33,160 bases of DNA from contig JAUCBJ010005226.1 in NCBI GenBank assembly GCA_032718475.1, positions 1 to 33,160 on the forward strand. Direction: 5' to 3'. The notes beneath the pieces were generated by a model. It was not told the origin of the DNA. It saw nothing but the letters and a program-made list of their open reading frames with translations, and ran no database searches. Of the stretch, positions 12,351-22,803 are shown in pieces. This DNA is from Nemertoderma westbladi (taxonomy: Eukaryota > Animalia > Xenacoelomorpha). Within the stretch, counting starts at the first letter, position 1. Each line of letters begins with the position of its first letter. The translations under genes were made by a program, and so were the position numbers.

Positions 12351-12965
12351 TAGTTTTATTTTTGTTCGGGTGGGATTAATCAGCTGTTATTTGCGTCTAA
12401 TTTACACTGAAGAGGGATGAATAGGATTGGTTGTTGGGCTAGAAACAATCGAATAAGGGGTAACAAGGTACCCTGAATCGAGTAGCGGGGTGTGTTTTTT
12501 GTAAAAACATGAGGAAACGGTCGAAATTGCGGGTTTAAGTGAGCCCGGGAAGCCAATTTTGAAAATCGGCTGTGATTGGCTGCTACAGATTTGACGTCAC
12601 TACAAAGTGATCTGATATTTTTTTATCCTAGTTTCTATGGACAGCGATTTGCGATCCATTCAAATACACGCAATTGCGGTGGATTAAAGCGCCCTGACGA
12701 GTGTGAGACACCACTCGCAGTAACATCAGATGGGGTCTGGTGCCATGAAGGAAGTCTTCATAAGACACCTGACAGAGACTCTTGATTGGAAACGTGGCAC
12801 AATGCCTGGAGCGCGGTGTAGCGGAAGTACTCGGAACTCGGAGGCATTAGAAGGAGTATGGAACGCCAATAGCGGTCCAACTAATAGTTGGTAGCTAGTT
12901 TTTTAGTTGGCCCGAAAAAGTTTCTACCATCTATTTAGCCAATAGGGAAAAGTACCTACCAACTA

Positions 12966-13851
12966 TGGCCTACTATACGGCCTAACATGTCGATTTGGCC
13001 TTAAATGAAAGAGGCCAGTTTTTTTTACCCTACTATAATATTTTGATATGGGGAGAGTTCTATAAATTGGCATTTGCTGCACTTTGGTAAACGGACGTAA
13101 TAGAAGTCTCCTCGTTAAGCAAGATACTAAATTTTATGGTAGCTAGTGTTTTGGATAGGTTTAGCTAGTAATTTCAACACTGGTTCCGACTTCCTACTTC
13201 CCTCTATACATTTTTTGTAGTAGCTAGTTCTTTTTACTATTTGTATAGAAAATGTTTCAGAACATGTTAGCTATTCATTTTAAGAACAAATCACGTTCTC
13301 GAACGAATATTTTTTGTTCTAGAACATTTTTTAGAAAAAAATCTAGATTCTATTTAAAACGCATGGAATCGTTTTAAAACGTGTTTAAAATCAATAAAAA
13401 AAATTTTTTTCACAATTTTTTTTATTGATTTTAAACACGTTTTAGAACGATTCCATGCGTTTTAAATAGAATTCAGATTTTTTCTAAAAAATGTTCTAGA
13501 ACAATAAATATTTGTTCTAGAACATAACTTTTTTAAAAATGAATAGCTAACATGTTCTGGAACATTTTCTATACAAATAGTAATAAGAACTAGCTACTAC
13601 AAAATATTAATAGAGGGAAGTAGGTTGTCGGAATCAGTGTTGAAATTACTACCCAAACCTACCTAAAACACTAGCTACCATAAAATTTAGTATCTTGCTT
13701 AACGAAGAGACTTCAATTACGACCGTTGACCAAATTGCAGCAAATGAAAATTTATAGAACTATCCCCATATCAAAATAGTGTCAAAAAAACTGGCCTCAT
13801 TTTTTAAGGCCAAATCTATAACATGTTAGGCCGTATATATAGTAGGCCATG
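12966..13851. mobile_element. Palindromic foldback element (~440 bp arms, spacer <10 bp) with 9-bp TSD TACCAACTA
   Basis: Arms are reverse complements about ~13408 (e.g. ACGTGTTTAAAATCAATAAAAAAAATT / AATTTTTTTTATTGATTTTAAACACGT). TACCAACTA occurs at 12957-12965 and 13852-13860. Confidence 0.85.
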
Positions 13852-15707
13852 TACCAACTAGTTGGTAGCTACATTTTTGTTACTTGTCAGTTTCTTTTAG
13901 CAAATAGGAAAAATGTACCTACCAACTGGTTGGTACTGTAGCTAGTTTTTTTTGTTATTGGTAAGTTCATTATAGCCGAAGAAATGTTTTCCTATTGCAT
14001 TGGCTAATGATTATCTTATTATGCCTCTTGTAACAAACTGAAATAGCTCCATGTATGTAGAGCACTAAGAGCAGTATATGTGTAGTCTTTACCACACATA
14101 TACTCTAGCGACCTTCCAGAGAATTTGTTAGTTAGGTGTATAGTTGATTTGCATGCGTCTGGAACAGTTATCACTTTGGACGAAAAATAGCACGTTTCGC
14201 GTGGTTTGTCGGTATACGTGCGTTTGCAAATAATGCAGAAAAGGGTACCTTGTAATTACTTAGGAACAGATCACGATCGCCAGTTTGCCAACGCGCTAAC
14301 AGATAGGGTCATTCGTAGTCTTGGTTCGGTCTAGCCAGTTCAAACAAGTACTGCTTGATGTGTCCCTGTCGAACATATTCTCCCTTACAATATAATAATG
14401 TATTATATTCGCACACGCAAGCCAGTTATCAACAAGGATAAACGTGGAATGCCGTTAGTTGTTATACCTCCATCTCTCTTCATTTCATATCCTTTCCGTC
14501 TACAATATCGTCAACAACTACAGTATTTTGGTCGCCTCAAGGGTTTCAAAATGCTGTTGGTCCAACTTTGCAGTTTCCAGGGCTAAATCTTGTTATCAGA
14601 TGATATTTAAACATAATAAGCGCCGCGTATGACGCTTATTTGCTTAAGGGAGGGGAGGGGGGCTTCAAATTATTTTTACGATTTAATCTAAAGGACATTT
14701 TTATCAAGATTCAAAATTTGAAAACCGTATATAGCAAGTTCTATCTTACTTCTCGAGATAAGCGTAAATCTGTCGTAGATTTGTCTGTCCGTCAGTATGT
14801 TTGTCAGTCAATAATAAGCATTGTCTAAAATTCCCTATGGATTTTCGGGGTCGGTGACCTCATTTCTGATGTCATTATTCAAATTTGGCCGCGTCGTTTC
14901 TATCTATATGCCTGTCAGTCTGCCCGTCAAAATATATCCGAAAGCCTGACAGCCAATTTGGAAGTCATCTAATGTTAAAACTGACACACAAAATTAATTC
15001 TTCGACCATGAAATATATTAGTCTATAGCTAAACTTTTACCTAGATGGTGTGCCCTTTTATTATGAACACTGAAAACAGATTTCAAATCCGATATAAAGT
15101 GTTGTCGAGATATTGAGTTTTGAAAATTAGTAGTCTAATGACCAAATATTAACAAAGTTTTGAGAAAAACAGCTTTCAAGGTATGAAAGTTTCAAACGTT
15201 CCCGCCAATTTTCTGTAATTGGGGGGATTTTCAAACACAATAATTTTTATTGTCCATTTTTATCCTTTTTTTGTCAATTCTTTTTGATTTTTTATGTCAT
15301 CCAAAAGTCTAATGTTAGGTTCCATGCTACCGGTTTCTCTACTGCTGTTCTCTCAGGCTATCAGTACCGGTTAGTATATATATAGCACTATTTTGCTGTA
15401 TTGTATGTACAGATGTAGGTATAAAGCAGGTATTTCTGTATTTTAGTACCGGTACCGGCACTGGTACTGCTATAGGCCTACTGTGTAGCCTACCATTTAA
15501 ATACGGTAATGGTAGGCCTACCGGTTGTGCTAATAAATTTTAAATAATTGATAGGCGAAACTGGATTGCAGGATTGTGGAAAATGTGGATATACCTTTCA
15601 CATAATTTAGGCCTTACTGTATTAGTTTTATAATCAATAATGGATCATGACTACTGTCTGAGTAGTGTTACGGATAGCGGCTCCACTACTTCCAACAGCA
15701 CAGAAGG

Positions 15708-16305
15708 CCCGCCTCTGTAACCTGCCCCTTTCCCTCAATTAGTTAAATGATCGTTTATTGTTTTGGTTAGAAAATCCCGTCTCTGTAACCTGCTCCTTTC
15801 CCTCAATTAGTTAAATGATCGTTTATTGTTTTGGTTAGAAAATCCCGTCTCTGTAACCTGCTCCTTTCCCTGATTTGGTAAAGTGACTGTTTATTGTTTT
15901 GGTTAGAAAATCCCGCCTCTGTAACCTGCTCCTTTCCCTCAATTAGTTTAAGTGATCGTTTATTGTTTTGGTTAGGAAATCCCGCCTCTGTAACCTGCTC
16001 CTTTCCCTCAATTGGTAATGTTATCGTTTATTGTTTTGGTTAGAAAATCCCGCCTCTGTAACCTGCTCCTTTCTCTCAATTGGTAATGTTATCGTTTATT
16101 GTTTTGGTTAGAAAATCCCGTCTCTGTAACCTGCTCCTTTCCCTCAATTAGTTAAATGATCGTTTATTGTTTTGGTTAGAAAATCCCGTCTCTGTAACCT
16201 GCTCCTTTCCCTGATTTGGTAAAGTGACTGTTTATTGTTTTGGTTAGAAAACTCGGCCTTAACCTGCTCCTTTCCATCAATTGGTAATTGTTTTTGGCTA
16301 TAAAA
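15708..16305 (+). repeat. 68-bp minisatellite, 8 full units plus 1 degenerate unit
   Basis: Unit starts at 15708, 15776, 15844, 15912, 15981, 16049, 16117, 16185 and ~16253. Consensus CCCGYCTCTGTAACCTGCTCCTTTCCCTCAATTRGT...CGTTTATTGTTTTGGTTAGAAAAT. Confidence 0.95.
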
Positions 16306-16739
16306 TGAGTGTTTTGCTACGTCATGTGGTAATCGATTATCGACAACAACCACAAACTATTAAATATAGAGTCTTTTTACCACAGGCGCATATGGAAATC
16401 TATCTCATAGTCTATAAATCATGGAATCATGGAATGTTTTGGCACAGGCATAGTGAAATCAACTGTCTGACAGTCCAGAAATCAGCAGTCTGACAGTTTG
16501 AAGAAATACATACATAAAAAGTGACAATAAAAGTCATTAAATGGACAACAAAAGTCATTATGCATAATTCGTAAAAAAAAGTGACAAAAAAAGTCAAATA
16601 AATTGACATAAAAAATCACTGCCATTTTCAAATGTAAACTTTTACGATATTTCAAAGCAGACTTGTAAAAAATTAGGTATATACGTCAGAATTCAGATTT
16701 CCATCAGTGTATGGAACTTTGGCGACAATATTTTAATTT

Positions 16740-17670
16740 TAATTTTTATTGGAGGTCACTCTGTATGTTTGTCTGAATACTTGTCTGTTTGTCTGTCAAA
16801 AATGTAACAAATAAATAAATAAAGCACCACCACCTACATTTTTTTGCTATTGGGTTTTTATTTGACGATGATTTCAAATACGTTGTCGGTTTTCACTATT
16901 TACCGATTCTAGACGATTGTCTGCATTTCAGTCAGTCTGTCTGTTTTTGGTATGTCTGTCTGTTAAAATTTAAGAAGCGCACAAACTATTCAAAATTTGT
17001 GTTACAGGGTTTTTCAGGGTGGTGATAACATTTAAAATGTCACTGGGTGGTAATTACACTTTTGGTTACAATTTAACTTTTCCAGTTTGAAGAAATCTAG
17101 ACTTTCTGTCTGTTTGTCTGTCTGTTTGTCTGTCAAAATTAAGAACTAAATCAAATTAACAAACAAATCTATTTATGGGGTTTTCTTGGTCGGTGATTTC
17201 ATTTCTGATATCTATTTTTACGTTTGATTGATTATTTAATGATGGTAGGTCTGTCTGTCAGTCTGTCTGTCTGTCAAAATTTAGAAATATCTCAAATTAA
17301 CAAAAAATCATGGGGTGTTCTTGGTCGGTGATTTCATTTCACCCAAAAGCAAAATATTTTGTTAGATATCATGTTTCCATAATTTTTGACAGACATACCG
17401 ACACACAGACAGACAGACAGACAGACAGACTGACTAACAGACATCCATACAGTCAGGATCGCGTCAAACCCATAAATCGACATTGGAAATGGAATCGCCT
17501 TCCAAGAAAACCCCCAAACCAAAACATTTTGTTAGATATCATGTTTCCCTAATTTTTGACAGACAAACCGACACACAGACAGACAGACTGATCGACAGTC
17601 TAGAATCCGTCAGCCATGGAAAGTAACAATTGAAATGAAATCACTAAACAGGAAAACTCAGCAAAAATTA
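16740..17670. repeat. (GTCT)n-containing ~140-170 bp repeat units, four direct then inverted after ~17340; related copy at 14780-14930
   Basis: GTCTGTCAAAA(T)T plus GGTCGGTGATTTCATTTC-like blocks recur on +. AATTTTTGACAGACA at 17381 and 17551 are inverted copies. Confidence 0.65.
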
Positions 17671-18502
17671 TCCTGTTGGACAAATACAATTATAGTATTT
17701 AGGAAAAGTAATACTACGTACGTAGCTATCTTACAAAAAATTGGCCACTTAAATTCATAATAATTTCAAAATGAGTGAGGTCTACAAAAAATCAAATAAC
17801 TCCAAAACTAAAACAGATATGAAAAGTTCGTTTACAGTTTCAGAATTACCAAAAAATTCTGATCTAGAAAAAGTAAAAAAAAAATTCGATTTTTTAAAAC
17901 CAAATGAACTATTTTGACTTCAACCTCTAATTCTGTGAAATAATATTTTGCAACGGTAGGTCGATTTCTTGACCAAACCTCACATATTTCAAGTAATAAA
18001 GCTGATTCTAACCAAAATAATTAAAGTTAATTAATTAAATTATAATTAGCTAATTAAAAGTTATATAAGATACATTTTGTAGACTCGATTTTGCTGAATC
18101 CAAAAAAAGTTGAATCAAGAAATTTGGACCAAGATTGAGGGACTAGTAGTGTTTTTAGTGAAATTATCAATTCCGCCGCCAGCCGCTGAGGGGAGGCCAA
18201 AAATTTTTCGTTTGGAAACTATTTGGCCTTCCAGAAATTGGCTGGCGACGATAAAATTGTTATATTAAACGCGTTGAATCTAAAGATTCGCAATGGATTT
18301 TTGTTCTATTTTATATAAATAATCTAGCACGTGATAAGATTACAGTACGAAGCTACTTAAAATCATATCAATATCGACCAACTGCAATCTATTAAACTGA
18401 TAGATTACGACTATAATGTATTTGAATACCATATTGAAAAATAAACGTACAGAAAGATATACAAATGTCGTATATTGGTGAGAATCATATTCCAAAAACC
18501 AT

Positions 18503-18521
18503 TTTATTATTGATATTTATT
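18503..18521 (-). promoter_or_regulatory. Two candidate AATAAA polyadenylation signals for NCOA5
   Basis: TTTATT on + at 18503-18508 and 18516-18521, ~500 nt downstream of the stop. Confidence 0.35.
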
Positions 18522-19020
18522 TAGTTGGCAACTGAGAACCTCACCAACCCTACTGACCACATTTATAAGCGTTTCCGCTACAATGCGCGTAACGACTGGT
18601 CTTCAGCTGTAGCATAAAGCGTTCTCGCCTGTATCATAAAGTTCTACATAACATATTCACTTCTACATATGAAGTTATTCTTTAATAGTTGGAATAAAAT
18701 AACGTTATAAAGACGATCAATTATGTAGTTTAGTTACCCAATAAATAAGGTAGTAAATAGGTCACCTAATAAACGGACCTTTTAGTAGATTAATAGGTCA
18801 CCTAATACCGAAGTTAACAGCCCCCCCGTCGAAGTTACCCGACTACGAATGCGCTAAAGGAGTCACACCCGGAGAGTACGGTACTGGAGTTGTGAAAATC
18901 TTTACAAAATAAAATGAAACAACATAGTAACAGGTTCACAATATATTCACGTCATAATAATACCACGAAATAATGAAACTAAAATGTATCGATTTATGAA
19001 TCTCGCTGTGTTACCCGCCG

Positions 19021-21009
19021 TTACGACCAGTTGTTCGCGAGGTTGTAATCGTTGTTAGAGTTCGGGTACGTCGAGGATTCACCGAGCTCGTACTGGTTCT
19101 GGGGGAAGTTGGTGGAGGGTTGGTGAACGTACGACGGCGTGTTAGTGAAATAGTTAGACGAGGGAGTCGCCCAGTTGTTAGGGGGGTTGGATTCGGGGGT
19201 CGTCCAGTTGCCAGGGGCGTTGGATGCGGGGGTCTTCCAGTTGCCAGGGGCGTTGGATGCGGGGGTCGTCCAGTTGCCAGGGGCGTTGGCTGCGGGGGTC
19301 GCCCAGTTGCTAGACTCGTACGAGTTCCGGGTAGAGACCGGGGGTTGAACCGGCACCCGACTGTCCCCCGACGACGATAGCAACTTGAGTATGGTCTCCT
19401 CTAACTCGTTACCTCGTTGCGCGGCAGCCGACGCCTCGAGTTTGTTACCGACCGGCGGCGGCCCCTCGACGCGTCCGTTACTAGGCAACCCGGGTTCCTC
19501 CAGCAACGCGGCTTTCTCGCGTTTCTCCCTCAGGAAGTCGACGACTCTGTCGATCTCCGCCACGGTTATCTGCCGTCCGTCGGCGAGCAGCGCAAACAGC
19601 TGGGCAACCGGAAGTGCGGCCCCGTCGGCGCGGTCCACGCCCGCCGAGAAGCGCCCCCTATCCCTGGCGAGCTGCATCATGTGCCGGTCGAAGTTGCGGG
19701 AGACGAGGGACAACGCGGCCGGGAGCGGCATATTGCGGTGCTCCTGGGGAGCGGTGCCGTACATGATGTTCAGGGTGCAGCTGCGGTGCTGCTGGTTCTG
19801 GGGGGTAACCACCAGCGTGTAGAGCAGCCCCTCGCGGGAAGCCGTCTCCACGGCGACCGGCAGTTGCGACTCGTCCCGCAGGTTGACCGAGTCCACCGCC
19901 AACCCGATCGCTTTGAGTCGCTCGCTAATAGACTCGGCGTAGCCGCGTTGGTTGCGGTCCGTCGTGACTAGACGGCAGTCGTAGGGGGTCTGCTCCCCAC
20001 GTGGGGGGATCCCATCCTCCCTATGCAGCATACCTTCCCCCCTGTGCGGCATACCGTCCCCTCGCAATGCCCCTTCCCCCCTGTGCGGCATCCTTTCCCC
20101 CCTGTGCGGCATATCTTCCGCCCTGTGCGGCATACCTCCCCCCCGCAACGCCCCTTCTCCCCGTAGCGGTAGCCCTTCCCACGCTCTTTGCGTTCGCTCC
20201 GCCGCTAGGTACGGATCCCGTTCGAAGCCCACCTCCCCCCTCGGCGGCTCAGCACAGAATTGCTCGGCCCGCTGCATCCACTCGCTGTCCCCGGTGCCCC
20301 CCCAGGGCTCCTCCCTGGGCAAGGAACGCCCCCGCGGGCGACGCGGCGGGTGGAAGGGGGCGCGATCCCCCCGACGCCCACGCACGGGGGACCTGCTCCG
20401 GTCTCGTACGCCCCCCGTGCGGTGGTACGCATCCCCCTCGAGGGGGAAGTCGTCGGGGGGCAGGCGTCCCCCTAACAACGGCTCTGGGACGCCCCCCATC
20501 CCCCGAGGGGGCATTCTCTCTCGGCCCCCGTGAAACCGGGACCCACCGCGCCCCCGTGCGGGCGGCGGCGGCACTGGTTTTCTCTTGGACACCTTCCGAC
20601 CTTCCGCAGCCATCTTAACGTCGACTTTATGACCCTTCAGATCTCGGCCCTGTTCGTGGAGTACAGCGGCACGGGCGTCATCTTCGTTAGTAAACTGCAC
20701 AAAGGCGTAACCTTTATGCACAGAAACACCCTTCATCGGCCCGTGAAGGCCGAATACGGCCTCGATGTCGGTGCGAGTTATTTTCTCGACCGGAAGATTT
20801 CCTATAAAGACCCTCGCCATCAGATCTTCAGGCGCCTCAGACGAAGTGTTGCAGGATGTAGCGCGAGCGGCATCCGCCGACGTGTTACCTGACCCGACAC
20901 GGGCGGCTTGCGAATACGTCTCCGTAGAACTGACGTCATCCTCTCCCGGGCTGCCCACTGAAACACCGGCGTCCATTCTGGCTAATTCATCCTCATCCGA
21001 TAGACTCAT
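19021..21009 (-). CDS. NCOA5: Nuclear receptor coactivator 5 / Neosin-like protein, single-exon ORF of 662 aa
   Basis: N-terminal hnRNP C-like RRM (RVFIGNL...VSVHKGYAFVQF), RG/RS-rich linker, NCOA5 core (YAESISERLK..GL.VD; VVTPQNQQHRSCTLNIMYG.PQEHRNMP..AL.LV.RNF), LxxLL region LFALLADGRQIT..EID.VV.FLREK. Confidence 0.9.
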   Translation of the reverse strand: MSLSDEDELARMDAGVSVGSPGEDDVSSTETYSQAARVGSGNTSADAARATSCNTSSEAPEDLMARVFIGNLPVEKITRTDIEAVFGLHGPMKGVSVHKGYAFVQFTNEDDARAAVLHEQGRDLKGHKVDVKMAAEGRKVSKRKPVPPPPARGRGGSRFHGGRERMPPRGMGGVPEPLLGGRLPPDDFPLEGDAYHRTGGVRDRSRSPVRGRRGDRAPFHPPRRPRGRSLPREEPWGGTGDSEWMQRAEQFCAEPPRGEVGFERDPYLAAERTQRAWEGLPLRGEGALRGGGMPHRAEDMPHRGERMPHRGEGALRGDGMPHRGEGMLHREDGIPPRGEQTPYDCRLVTTDRNQRGYAESISERLKAIGLAVDSVNLRDESQLPVAVETASREGLLYTLVVTPQNQQHRSCTLNIMYGTAPQEHRNMPLPAALSLVSRNFDRHMMQLARDRGRFSAGVDRADGAALPVAQLFALLADGRQITVAEIDRVVDFLREKREKAALLEEPGLPSNGRVEGPPPVGNKLEASAAAQRGNELEETILKLLSSSGDSRVPVQPPVSTRNSYESSNWATPAANAPGNWTTPASNAPGNWKTPASNAPGNWTTPESNPPNNWATPSSNYFTNTPSYVHQPSTNFPQNQYELGESSTYPNSNNDYNLANNWS
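19152..19309 (-). repeat. 33-bp coding tandem repeat (~5 units; NWxTPxSNAPG)
   Basis: CCAGTTG at 19171, 19204, 19237, 19270 and 19303. Confidence 0.9.
19993..20165 (-). repeat. 21-bp coding tandem repeat (~8-9 degenerate units; MPHRGEG)
   Basis: Repeated CCCTGTGCGGCAT on +. Peptide LRGGG-MPHRAED-MPHRGER-MPHRGEG-ALRGDG-MPHRGEG-MLHREDG. Confidence 0.85.
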
Positions 21010-21789
21010 ATTACTTACAATGAAGCGAACCGCGTAGCTGGCTGAGAATGACCACTGCGAATTCGCTGTGTGTTAGGCTGTCCCAGTCCAAGTGCCACAG
21101 AAAATAATTTGTGAATGCCCAGTCGACAAGAGGTTGAAAGTCTCCTTCTGAAAATACCACTTAAAATATATGTATAAGGCCCTACGCCTATAGTTTAAAC
21201 AAGAATACAACAGTGCTGCGCTGCATTGCAGCAACATTACCCTACTAAAACTACAAACTGCCAAAGTCTGAAAGTGGTGTATCCTTCAGTGGGTTTCTGT
21301 AGGTCTATAATGCCTCGCTCGGTCTCTTTAATGTTTAATATTGAGGTGGAGGAAGCAGAAGCTTATTGGACCTGTGCAGGCAGACACAATATAAAACAAT
21401 TGTTAAAATTTGTAAACTGAAACAAACTAAGTACCTTCCTTACCTACTACTACCTAGCACTGTTGATACTACTACTAGGATCGGCATGCTGCATTGCAGC
21501 TGCATTTTTAAGAATGCTGTGCCGGCTTGTCAACAAAATAGATAGCACTGTTGATAAGAGTGTACGTAAATGAAAGTATGTAGAATAAAATCAAACGTAA
21601 AAAAACATGAGTATATATAGTAATTAAAATTACCGGTATGGCTGTAGGGCTTAAAAATATCTTAAATTACACAAACTCAGCAAACTCGAACATGAATTAT
21701 AAAATTATGGTTTTCACAAATAGGACCTTGCCCATACAGCCATAATAACTTATTATGGCTAATATGCATTACATTAAATTTTTTAAATG

Positions 21790-22245
21790 TTGAAACAAAA
21801 TTGCCAAGCTACACTCCACGAGTATAATATATCTATCTAGGTCAGATTGTTGTCTGTCTTTAATGTCGTCAGCAAATAGGTGTAAAATAAATCTTATAAG
21901 AGACGGTACCGTATATCGTTTTCGAAGCCAGGCTGCCAGGTAAGAAAATAACTGAAGCCACTGACCACAGGTAACCAATCAGAATATTCGCCTCCAACAA
22001 CAACGCGCGTTGGTATCTATCACAAAAAAAGTTTTCAATCCATCCTAACAAGTTTCCACTTATCCCTAATGATTTGAGTTTAATGAGTAGGCCTAGACGT
22101 TTGTGAGGGACAGCGTCGAATGCCTTGGAGAAATACAGCTAGACTACATCAATACAATGTCGATTATCGAGGGCCAGGGACCAGTTAATAGAGGACATCA
22201 AGAAGTGGGAGTGTACAGGAACGGCTCTTCTGAAATCCCAAATGT
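21790..22245 (-). mobile_element. Decayed CR1-clade LINE RT fragment
   Basis: Frameshifted translation: GFQKSRSCT, IDVV.LYFSKAFDAVPHKRL(GL)LIKLKSLGISGNLLGWIENF..DRYQR, LHLFADDIK, QSDLD. Confidence 0.85.
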
Positions 22246-22803
22246 TGCTTAGATATTAACGATAACGAGAGTAGGCCTATGTAAAAAAAAGTATAAAATA
22301 GTATAAAAAATATTATTATCGCAAAATCACTCTATGGCTGTATGCAGGTATGGTACGGGTGCTGGTCACCTCGCCGCACCGCTACTTCGCTGCAGGTCAC
22401 ATCGCCTCAGATAATGTGCGGCGAGGTGTCTTACTGCGAATGCCATGTCGCCGCAAATTATCGGACACCTCGAAACAATAAACATATCGAATCATATCGA
22501 AATATAACGAAACAATAAACACACATATCATACATTCATATAAAGCCATATATATATGAAAATGGGCATATATGCTATTATATAGGATATATAATGGCAT
22601 ATATGCCATTATATAGGATATACAATATAGGCACATAGGACTATAGGCATTATAGAAAAATAAACCAAAAAAAGAATAAGAATACCGCCCCACATCGGCA
22701 TACAACTAGGCCTAGGCCTAGTCACACACCGATACAAACCGGTACTCTCATTCTTATTATTAATACGATAAAATATCTCCGATAAGGCCAATGCTGCAAC
22801 GGG

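Noticed and set aside
14100-14590. Coding-like fragment with a CxxC on the minus strand
   Set aside because: Interrupted by stops and no recognisable family.
15708-16305. CRISPR-like look (constant ~51 bp plus variable ~17 bp)
   Set aside because: The variable parts are homologous to each other and recur; the context is eukaryotic with no cas genes. It is a minisatellite.
21013-21018. GTAAGT donor consensus just upstream of the NCOA5 ATG
   Set aside because: No matching acceptor or need for splicing could be shown; the ORF is complete as it stands.
19120-21037. Multiple plus-strand ORFs overlapping NCOA5
   Set aside because: Antisense shadows of a GC-rich CDS with no recognisable domains.
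22355-22470. CACCTCGCCGCA / TGCGGCGAGGTG short inverted repeats (and TTCGCGCC repeats at 10755-10815)
   Set aside because: Likely tiny TE terminal remnants, but no termini or TSD could be defined.
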